DNA of 31,814 nucleotides, taken from positions 1 through 31,814 of the IMG/VR virus record IMGVR_UViG_3300020045_001707; one strand, 5' to 3'. Origin of the DNA: a virus. Lineage: Duplodnaviria; Caudoviricetes. Position 1 is the first letter of the stretch. The number at the start of each line of letters is the position of its first letter. The position numbers were made by a program, and so were the translations under genes. Of this stretch, positions 25,129 to 31,814 are shown piece after piece. The notes beneath the pieces are model-generated. The model saw only the letters and a program-made list of their open reading frames with translations, was not told where the DNA came from and did not search any database.

Positions 25129-25560
25129 TTATGCGATTTTTACGCGTACGAGAGTCGTCGCGGCTGTTGTGATTACTTCATCTGCATACGCAAACACGAA
25201 GTCAGTACCGAGCGTTGCGATTTTCAGCAAGCCAGCGCCATTTGATGTGAGTGGTGAATCTTTGACGATTGTTTGACCAGTCACAACAAGCGCGTGATAG
25301 GTTTCGCCAGATTGCGGACGATGTGCAAAAACCGTTTCGCCCGATGCGTAAGTTGTTGCTGTGCCATCCAGAATTTTCAAGCCAGCGAAATACGTTTGCA
25401 TTTCAGCAGCCATAGTGCCGTTGACAGCGTGCAAAATGAATGCGCCAGAACCATTGCGAACGATCAAATTGCCCGGCGTGATGGTCGCAGCAGCAAGTGC
25501 TTCTTCGATAATCGGCGTGTTATTTTCAGCAGAACCCACGAAAATTTTGTTCTTAGCCAT
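25129..25560 (-). CDS. Capsid decoration / cement protein
   Basis: Start MAKNKIF at 25560; E..AAA.I.PG, L.SNGAG.LK and LVRVK motifs; position. Confidence 0.78.
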   Translation of the reverse strand: MAKNKIFVGSAENNTPIIEEALAAATITPGNLIVRNGSGAFILHAVNGTMAAEMQTYFAGLKILDGTATTYASGETVFAHRPQSGETYHALVVTGQTIVKDSPLTSNGAGLLKIATLGTDFVFAYADEVITTAATTLVRVKIA

Positions 25561-25570
25561 TTCCTGCCCC

Positions 25571-26701
25571 TTAGTCTGGTAAGTCGTATGTTTGTTTTTC
25601 AGAGCCACTAGACTGATTGCCTAGCATGATCGGCGCGGCCTGTGCGTTACCCGCTAGTTCACGCAAGCGAGCAACTGGCATCAACTTAAAGTCTTCAACA
25701 GTAAACCCTTTTGCGTTTGCGGCGAGCTTGTCAGCCAGTGCGTTTACTTCGGTTTGCACCGCTTCGCGCTCTTTGGCTTCGCCTTCAGCAACCTTGGCAT
25801 TGGCAGCAGCAAGCTGTTCTTGCAACGGCTTGGCATTGAGTGAATTGTAAGCAGCGAGGATTTGAGCATCTGTCAGCCCCTCAACGCCTACACCTGCCGC
25901 ATTGAGCGCGGCTAAAATTTGCTCTTTCATTTGTGATTCCTCACTGTTGGTGGTTTGTTCGGCGGTGTCGCCTTGGTCTACCATTTCCCCAGCGTCGGGA
26001 ATATGGTTGATTGTGGTATCGAACAGCGAGAGCGCATTGAGTAGCGCGGTTTTCACGCTCTCGATAATGCCGCCGCTATTCTGATTTAATTCTAGGGTTA
26101 CGGTTTCGACTTGCTCTTGTGCGCCTTCAGCATTTAAGAACATGCCAACGCCATCAGCAGGAGTGCCAGCGCCGACTTGATCCAATAGGATAGCTAGGTG
26201 GTCGTAAGTGATGTTGGTAGCGATACCAGTGTACGCTTTGCCTTTGCTATGGCCTGTTGCCGCGATCTTGTTCAGGTATAGACCCGTACTCACATGAATA
26301 GGCTCTACCGTTTCACCATTCAACGCAGCATCAAGGCGAGAAATAAGCTCGCGCCCTTTTTCCATCGCATTGGCTTGATCGACGTTTACAGAAATATCGC
26401 AGTAGGTAACGCCGTCCGCGTGACGCGCATTGTGAACGTACGCGCCGATGTATGACTTAGACAGCGCCTCGCCAGCTTTGGCGCTGATAAAATTGCCTTC
26501 CATGTCTTGCGGGTGGCCTGCAGGCGCTGTAACTTGTTCCAATGACGGGTAAGCCTTAATTACTTCCTCAGCAGGGTATAGCAATCCATTCATGCAGATA
26601 TTTTCGACAATCGGCACAACGTCGCGAATAGTGATAATGCCATCTTTCCGGCTCACATTCTTCGCGTTGACTGTCGTCAAAATATTCAGGCGTTTACGCA
26701 T
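25571..26701 (-). CDS. Prohead protease/scaffold (DUF2213-like)
   Basis: MNGLLYPAEE, PAGHP, IHVSTGL and DHLAILLDQVGAGTP..GVG motifs; helical Ala/Glu-rich C-terminal scaffold. Confidence 0.85.
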   Translation of the reverse strand: MRKRLNILTTVNAKNVSRKDGIITIRDVVPIVENICMNGLLYPAEEVIKAYPSLEQVTAPAGHPQDMEGNFISAKAGEALSKSYIGAYVHNARHADGVTYCDISVNVDQANAMEKGRELISRLDAALNGETVEPIHVSTGLYLNKIAATGHSKGKAYTGIATNITYDHLAILLDQVGAGTPADGVGMFLNAEGAQEQVETVTLELNQNSGGIIESVKTALLNALSLFDTTINHIPDAGEMVDQGDTAEQTTNSEESQMKEQILAALNAAGVGVEGLTDAQILAAYNSLNAKPLQEQLAAANAKVAEGEAKEREAVQTEVNALADKLAANAKGFTVEDFKLMPVARLRELAGNAQAAPIMLGNQSSGSEKQTYDLPD

Positions 26702-26791
26702 AGCGCACCATCAAAAGTTTCATTTGCCTATTGTATAACAAAACTTAATCAACTATGCAAGTTTGATTGTTTTTCGCTATGGAATGGACGC

Positions 26792-26815
26792 AAAAAAGCC
26801 CGAATTAACGGGCTT
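26792..26815 (-). terminator. Terminator closing the accessory operon
   Basis: AAGCCCG-TTAATT-CGGGC-TTTTTT on the minus strand. Confidence 0.85.
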
Positions 26816-26820
26816 GATGG

Positions 26821-27012
26821 TCATGGTTTCTGTGGTGGACTCTTAAAGCTAAGTGCCTCTCTCTCAACTCCTGCCTGCGTCTTCATTTGATCAAGCGCAT
26901 AATTTGATTCTTTCAATCTGCTTTTTCTATATAGCGCGGCAAATTCATCATCTGTCATTCCTTGCGCTTTTGCTGCCGCGTAAGCAGGGTGCATTTTAAG
27001 GTATGGGTTCAT
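26821..27012 (-). CDS. Hypothetical protein (63 aa)
   Basis: AGGAG RBS; last gene of the accessory operon. Confidence 0.65.
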   Translation of the reverse strand: MNPYLKMHPAYAAAKAQGMTDDEFAALYRKSRLKESNYALDQMKTQAGVEREALSFKSPPQKP

Positions 27013-27210
27013 TCAAAACTCCTTTGGCGGCTTGCGTGGCGGTACTGGCGGCGCATCAGGGCGCGGGTAGTTCGGCGTCAACCGTTGATTTTTCTGGTTC
27101 ACCATCGCTTCGACAATCTTCATCAGCAGCTTAATCCCTATATGGTTCAAGTAGCACAGAAAGATAATCAGCAGATTGGTGATGAGTAGCAAGGATTCGA
27201 TAAAGGTCAT
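27013..27210 (-). CDS. Small membrane protein with Pro-rich tail
   Basis: N-terminal TM; PNYPRPDAPPVPPRKPP tail. Confidence 0.65.
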   Translation of the reverse strand: MTFIESLLLITNLLIIFLCYLNHIGIKLLMKIVEAMVNQKNQRLTPNYPRPDAPPVPPRKPPKEF

Positions 27211-27219
27211 TTTATTGCC

Positions 27220-27372
27220 TTATGCTGTTATCGTATGAATAAACGATTTAACATAAGGCCAACCCCATGATGCAGCGGCAAATAGAGCCGCACCAACTAC
27301 TACACCTATAATGCCCATGCCAATAATCGCACCGCCAAAATCAATATTGAAATATCCACGCTGCTTTTTCAT
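27220..27372 (-). CDS. 50-aa membrane peptide with a prepilin-like N-terminus
   Basis: Not in track. MKKQRGYFNIDFGGAIIGMGIIGVVVGAALFAAASWGWPYVKSFIHTITA; GGGGGAG RBS; ATGA overlap. Confidence 0.75.
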   Translation of the reverse strand: MKKQRGYFNIDFGGAIIGMGIIGVVVGAALFAAASWGWPYVKSFIHTITA

Positions 27373-27974
27373 TTCTCCCCCTCGCTAGGCCGCTGCACTA
27401 GCGAGTCTTTCCAGTCGCATGTGCCGGGCTTGAATGATTTAAAGCCTTCTAGACTTGCGAATTTAGTTGTGTCAGTACACTTCCAATAATCTTCTAATGC
27501 AATTAACTGACCGCTAGTAAAAGCAAACGATTGTCCGTTTTGGTCTATAGCAATCTGCACAAACTCATCACCAAGGTGCGACCAATCGATGCTCGGCTTT
27601 GTTGGCTTGATGCGGTATTCAAAACTTGGCATTTCCAAAATTTTATACGCAGCCCAGACATCACACCACTTTCCTAACGATTCGTTGTAATACTCAATTT
27701 CTATCGAATCATCATCTGCCAATTGATGAATCAGCTCGGCGTGTTTGCGTGGTGTTTTCATTTTATTGTCCTTCACTAAATATTTAATTGCGGTATTTAC
27801 CGCGCTAATTTTGGCGTGATCCACCTGAAAATTTACAGATAAAATCTCGCCTTTTTTTTCATCGGCCATCTTCACGATCTCACGCGCCATTGCCTCGGCA
27901 ATATCCACAGTAGCCTCATAGCTGAATGGCTGGTTTTGATCCCACTGCTGAACCAGCTCTAGTGCTCGTTTCAT
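27369..27974 (-). CDS. Hypothetical protein, probable two-module fusion
   Basis: Internal RBS and ATG at 27761 begins a KHAELI...EYRIKP phage module. Confidence 0.75.
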   Translation of the reverse strand: MKRALELVQQWDQNQPFSYEATVDIAEAMAREIVKMADEKKGEILSVNFQVDHAKISAVNTAIKYLVKDNKMKTPRKHAELIHQLADDDSIEIEYYNESLGKWCDVWAAYKILEMPSFEYRIKPTKPSIDWSHLGDEFVQIAIDQNGQSFAFTSGQLIALEDYWKCTDTTKFASLEGFKSFKPGTCDWKDSLVQRPSEGEK

Positions 27975-28228
27975 TTCGCACCATCCTTCGGAGCTTTAAG
28001 CGCTTCCATTTTCTCAAACAGCTCAATCATCCGGTCGGTGTCGGATTGCGGCTCTTGCGGCGATACTACCGCCCAAATAAGCGCAATGAGCCAGCCGATA
28101 CCAGTAAATCCAAGAAACAAATTAAGCAGAAAAATCCCCGTAGCGTGGCGATGGCTATTGCGTAGCGCTACAATCCACGGAATGAAGTAGAGGAACGCGA
28201 CGATTAAAACGATTGCTTGGCTTTCCAT
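27971..28228 (-). CDS. Superinfection immunity protein (T4 Imm-like)
   Basis: LYFIPWIVA..H.H..GIFLLNLFLGFTGIGWLIALIWA is the Imm_superinfect signature. Confidence 0.88.
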   Translation of the reverse strand: MESQAIVLIVAFLYFIPWIVALRNSHRHATGIFLLNLFLGFTGIGWLIALIWAVVSPQEPQSDTDRMIELFEKMEALKAPKDGAK

Positions 28229-28229
28229 G

Positions 28230-28367
28230 TTATTTCTCCGATTGCTTAGTTTTCTTGCGTTTAAGATAAGCCGCCATTTGGCATAAGTTATTACAATACT
28301 TTTTCCGGTGCTGCGGTAAATCTGATGAATCCTGCTCTTTGCCGCAGTGGGCGCATTTAATTTTCAT
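28230..28367 (-). CDS. Small zinc-finger protein (45 aa)
   Basis: Not in track. MKIKCAHCGKEQDSSDLPQHRKKYCNNLCQMAAYLKRKK: CxxC...YCxxxC with a basic tail; GAGGG RBS. Confidence 0.75.
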   Translation of the reverse strand: MKIKCAHCGKEQDSSDLPQHRKKYCNNLCQMAAYLKRKKTKQSEK

Positions 28368-28869
28368 TAATACCCTCTGATTTTTCGATTACTTGCAATA
28401 AGTTGTGAACGACCGCAACGGCACGAATCAAATTTTGAGTTATTGTCAAGGTTCGGTCTTGACCAATTTTCGATATTAAATCCAACTCATCGACCCACCA
28501 CTGCCCATCTTTAAAGTCACTTAGATTATCGTCTGCATTATTTTTTGTGCTGTAGTTGTCGTAAATCTTAACAACCTTTCGTCGTTTGAATTGGTCATCC
28601 ACAAGGATCACGCTACCATCGTCATTGACTTGATGATGCTTGCAATACTCCAATTCAATCAAGCTATCAAACGCGCCACCATGCAGACCTGCCAGCTTAT
28701 TAAAATCATTTTGGCAGTCATGGCTATACAAATCATCACGGATAAAGCGATATAGCGCGGCCTCTTTCGCTATCTTCGCCCACGCCATCCAGTGCGCATC
28801 TGTCCGGCCTGTGTCAATCCCTTCTGCATCGCAATACGCTTCGTATGCAGCGCGGCTAGTGTCGATCAT
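28357..28869 (-). CDS. Hypothetical protein
   Basis: Start MIDTS in an ATGA overlap; contains KEAALYRFIRD, similar to the DA.RYRWLR phage motif. Confidence 0.7.
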   Translation of the reverse strand: MIDTSRAAYEAYCDAEGIDTGRTDAHWMAWAKIAKEAALYRFIRDDLYSHDCQNDFNKLAGLHGGAFDSLIELEYCKHHQVNDDGSVILVDDQFKRRKVVKIYDNYSTKNNADDNLSDFKDGQWWVDELDLISKIGQDRTLTITQNLIRAVAVVHNLLQVIEKSEGINEN

Positions 28870-29066
28870 TTGCAAAGCTCCAAGAATTCATCCCGATACA
28901 TTGACTTAATTACCCCCATGAATTCTTCATTTCCAAATTGATGAGTAAAAACCGCGTAACCTAAGCGCCGCTCAATATCTTCGTGCAAATCTGAAAAATC
29001 ACACATTAGTACGCCAGTAAATCCTGACAAGATTAATTTTTGCTCTTTGGTTAGTGGCCGCATCAT
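28866..29066 (-). CDS. Hypothetical protein (66 aa)
   Basis: First gene after the internal promoter. Confidence 0.7.
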   Translation of the reverse strand: MMRPLTKEQKLILSGFTGVLMCDFSDLHEDIERRLGYAVFTHQFGNEEFMGVIKSMYRDEFLELCK

Positions 29067-29095
29067 TTCGTTTCTCTGTTTGGTTTCGATAAGCC

Positions 29096-29124
29096 ACTTT
29101 ATACCTAGCCATAAAATAACGCAA
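29096..29124 (-). promoter_or_regulatory. Sigma70 promoter of the accessory operon
   Basis: TTGCGT-17 bp-TAAAGT immediately after a terminator. Confidence 0.7.
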
Positions 29125-29127
29125 GAG

Positions 29128-29150
29128 AAAAAGCCGCAATTACGCGGCTG
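29128..29150 (-). terminator. Terminator after the minor head genes
   Basis: AGCCGCG-TAAT-TGCGGCT-TTTT on the minus strand. Confidence 0.8.
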
Positions 29151-29159
29151 TGTGTGAAA

Positions 29160-29339
29160 TTATTTTACAGTGTACTTTATGCCGTATTTTGCAATCATCT
29201 TTGACATGCGAACTATGTGTCTATCGTGCTGATTTTTGGGCATAAACAGCAATAAAAATGCGCACAAATACATTGCAGGACTAACCCACCACTTGAATTG
29301 AACAGTCAAGTCAATGGATACTTTTCCGATTGAAGCCAT
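29160..29339 (-). CDS. Small hypothetical protein (59 aa)
   Basis: Not in track. MASIGKVSIDLTVQFKWWVSPAMYLCAFLLLFMP...; AGGAG RBS. Confidence 0.7.
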   Translation of the reverse strand: MASIGKVSIDLTVQFKWWVSPAMYLCAFLLLFMPKNQHDRHIVRMSKMIAKYGIKYTVK

Positions 29340-29340
29340 A

Positions 29341-30276
29341 TTACTTCTCCTTGTCGTGCTGTTTATCCCAAGTATCGCGCTGCCGTGCCATGCCCTGCTT
29401 TAGCGTGTCCGATGCCATTAGCTTGCCTTCTTCGTCCACTAACGCCTCTGTCTGCGCACAGTAGCAATTATACTTGTTGCCATCGCGTGAGTAGAAGGCT
29501 CGCACATCATCAACAGTATAAACTTTACCGTGCCTAACCCCATGATTTTGGCGTGTGGTTGCTTTTAAAGCTGATGACCATAGCAGCCGAATATCTAGCC
29601 CGAAGTCTTTACTAGCAGCGTCGCTCTCCGCCCATCGCGTTTCCCGTAATGTTCCTGTGATGTCAGTCTGCGCGATCTGCTTGGCCTTGCTGCGCGTCAC
29701 ACCGATAGAATCTTTGATGTCGGTCACCACAGCACGAGGATTTTTACCCTGCGCCACGCCATCAGCAATCACGCCGGACAGTTTCGTCTTGGCTTCGTCA
29801 GACAGTCCATTCCAATGTGAGTAATCGCGTGTTACCGCCATCGCCGTGGATTGAATGTAGCGTTGCGAGTATATCACCGCTTCAATAGGTCGCTCTGCCG
29901 CGTACACTGGCGACAGGTTCGATAGATTGGCCGATGATTGCGCCAGCCCCAGCCCTGCCGCCTCTTGCGTTAGTGTCTCGAACCAGAAGCCCCCTTTCGG
30001 CAGTCCGTTCACTAGCCACTTATACGACACCTGCGCCAGCGTGGTTTGCAGTAGAAGCATTTGATCGGCGGTTAGCCCGTAAACGTACAGCCCGATATCC
30101 TCAGCGCTCGCATTGGCCGCGTACGATGGTATCGCCTCAAACAGCGCGACAACCTCATCAGTCAGCCAGGCAATGCGCCGCTCTATTTCCTTATCTGCCT
30201 TCGCAAGGATTCGCCCTGTTCCTGTCGGGTTAGTCGTGCTGCTCGGCACAATTGGGTTACGGTATTTGAGAGACAT
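29341..30276 (-). CDS. Minor head morphogenesis protein (Mu gpF / SPP1 gp7-like)
   Basis: G.NPR.V..I...IGV..SKAKQIAQTDI, W.SALKATTR..H..RHG and NCYC motifs; start likely MSLKYR at 30276. Confidence 0.88.
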   Translation of the reverse strand: MSLKYRNPIVPSSTTNPTGTGRILAKADKEIERRIAWLTDEVVALFEAIPSYAANASAEDIGLYVYGLTADQMLLLQTTLAQVSYKWLVNGLPKGGFWFETLTQEAAGLGLAQSSANLSNLSPVYAAERPIEAVIYSQRYIQSTAMAVTRDYSHWNGLSDEAKTKLSGVIADGVAQGKNPRAVVTDIKDSIGVTRSKAKQIAQTDITGTLRETRWAESDAASKDFGLDIRLLWSSALKATTRQNHGVRHGKVYTVDDVRAFYSRDGNKYNCYCAQTEALVDEEGKLMASDTLKQGMARQRDTWDKQHDKEK

Positions 30277-31611
30277 CGCCGCCTTCATTTGTAGGGAAGT
30301 CTGTTTTTTTGGCATAGCCACATGCCACGCGCACTTCGTTTTCGTCGAATGGTGCAGATTGCCCGGCTGCTGGCGCTGACTTGTTGATTTCCATTAGCGA
30401 TTTGCCGTTTTCAAGCTTGTCTTTATCGCTTGCGGCTGACAAATCAGGCCATTCAATGCGGAAATTAGTGGCGTTTGATATTTGCCCCATAGCCATCATT
30501 CGCAACAAGAACTCGTACAGCATCGGCGTGCATTCAAACAACTGACGCGCTTTACAGCTCTTATTCCACGACGCCTTGTCTTGGTCACCAGCCAGAATGC
30601 CCGTTCTTTGCCCGTATAGCTCAGTAAATGGGATACCGAACCCAGCACAATACGAATTGGCAATGATCTGCCACAAAGGGCTTGGGTCGCTCATTTGTGA
30701 TTGCAATGTTTGAACCTTGCCCCCTTGAATAACCACAGCTGAATCAATGTTTTTATTCAGTGCTGCAAATTGCTCGTTCAATACGTCTGCAGGATTTGCT
30801 GGCTGCTCACCTGCCGCCGCCTGCCCTGCATTTACCGCATGAATAGGGTCGGCCTGTCCATCAAACTCAATTACCACTGGGCGGCTTGAGTTTTTAAGCT
30901 GGCACTCAGCGCCGCCGCCCTGTGTTTTTTCGAAGTCCACAAGGTCGTTGTAAACAGCGCGAAGCTTTGGCACTCCTTCAAACATGCCGTAGCTAGAACC
31001 CGGCTTGCATGGACTTGGTAAGTTTTCTGCGCTTGCTTGTTGCTAGTGCCGTTATTCAAATCACGGCTTGTTGTGAAGTTGTACATAGTTGGAAAGCCAA
31101 ACGTAGGCGACGCTTCGTTTTCATCCCATGCGCTCGGCTCTATTTGGCTTTCAAATGCGGGGATTAATCGAACCAGCTTACCTTTTTTAAGTGGCTGATC
31201 CCATTTTTGACCATCCGCAACTTGGTAAATTAATGCGCCGTAATGTCCAACCATTTGGCATAGGTCAAACTCAACCAAGCGCTTGAATGTGAGCAACTTT
31301 GGATCATTTAAGAGGTCGTTTACTTCCTTTTCCCACGCGGTCTGCTTGCGTGCATCATCAGACTGTTCATCAGAGCCTTCATAAACTTTAGGTTGATTCT
31401 CCCAGCACTTCGCAATCAGTTTATTTACCGATCCATGCCCTGACCCTGTGCGAGAGTATGCCTTGTAGTAATCAGCAAATTCGATGTGATCTGGGTAGCC
31501 GTATGTTGCCCACGCAGTAGTGCGCTTAGCATCCAACCCACCACCGAAGAATTGGCCTAAAAATCCCATTCGCTGCGCTACAGCACTCAGCGCATTTGTG
31601 ATAATACTCAT
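30257..31611 (-). CDS. Portal protein (DUF1073-like), split by a frameshift near 30990
   Basis: Start MSIITN at 31611 (GAGGTG RBS); LDAKR..AW..YGYP in the first ORF; L.AVYN.L.D.EK..GG.AE..LKN and IP...L.G..TG.LA..D in the second. Confidence 0.82.
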
Positions 31612-31814
31612 ATCGCACCTCTGATTAAATTTTGCACAGTATAGCCTATCTGGTTCGCGCAAACACGGCGGCTTTTTTATCCGGCACGGTTACAGGCCAT
31701 TCAACATCAACACAGTAGCCGATGGCGGTTGTAATGTGCTGATAGGCTATACTGTGCAAAATTTAATCAGAGGTGCGATATGAGTATTATCACAAATGCG
31801 CTGAGTGCTGTAGC
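31577..31814. repeat. Perfect 74-bp inverted repeat (31577-31650 / 31741-31814) with a 90-bp spacer
   Basis: The last 74 nt are the exact reverse complement of 31577-31650. Confidence 0.95.
31646..31744 (-). CDS. Terminase large subunit, C-terminal 32 codons only
   Basis: Manual translation YQHITTAIGYCVDVEWPVTVPDKKAAVFARTR*; resembles the end of TerL nuclease domains and lies just upstream of the portal. Confidence 0.7.
   Translation of the reverse strand, partial: YQHITTAIGYCVDVEWPVTVPDKKAAVFARTR

Noticed and set aside
31577-31814. Hairpin telomere (N15-like) or invertible promoter switch
   Set aside because: Arms are separated by 90 bp of terminase-like coding sequence; no protelomerase or invertase is visible; a chimera is the simpler explanation
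1-31814. CRISPR or other spacer arrays, tRNAs, DGR/retron, integrase
   Set aside because: No regularly spaced repeats, cloverleaf, reverse transcriptase or site-specific recombinase motifs found by eye; a computational scan could still find weak cases

Overview
The window is a partial genome of a tailed dsDNA phage with siphovirus-type organisation. The host is probably a Gram-negative proteobacterium: spanins are present and the SSB looks betaproteobacterial. Back-to-back sigma70 promoters (684-775) drive two early operons. The leftward one carries an HTH protein, a small ORF and a replication initiator truncated at the edge. The rightward one has a boxA-like site, two blocks of strongly base-paired non-coding sequence, RecT, a YqaJ/lambda-type exonuclease, SSB and hypotheticals. 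From the right end, the minus strand carries the late region: terminase C-terminal fragment, frameshifted portal, minor head, a self-contained accessory operon (superinfection-immunity gene plus a prepilin-like peptide), DUF2213-type protease/scaffold, decoration, major capsid, neck, tail tube, tape measure and tail tip. These are followed by a split lysis module with an antisense HNH gene, a tailspike, Rz/Rz1 spanins and a second, propeller-type glycosidase-like protein. No integrase, CI-like repressor, tRNA, CRISPR array or reverse transcriptase is visible. Two apparent frameshifts and a 74-bp terminal inverted duplication suggest assembly or amplification errors. The best novelty leads are the candidate structured RNAs in the early leader and the prepilin-mimic peptide next to the Imm-like gene. 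All family calls come from motif recognition, not database searches.
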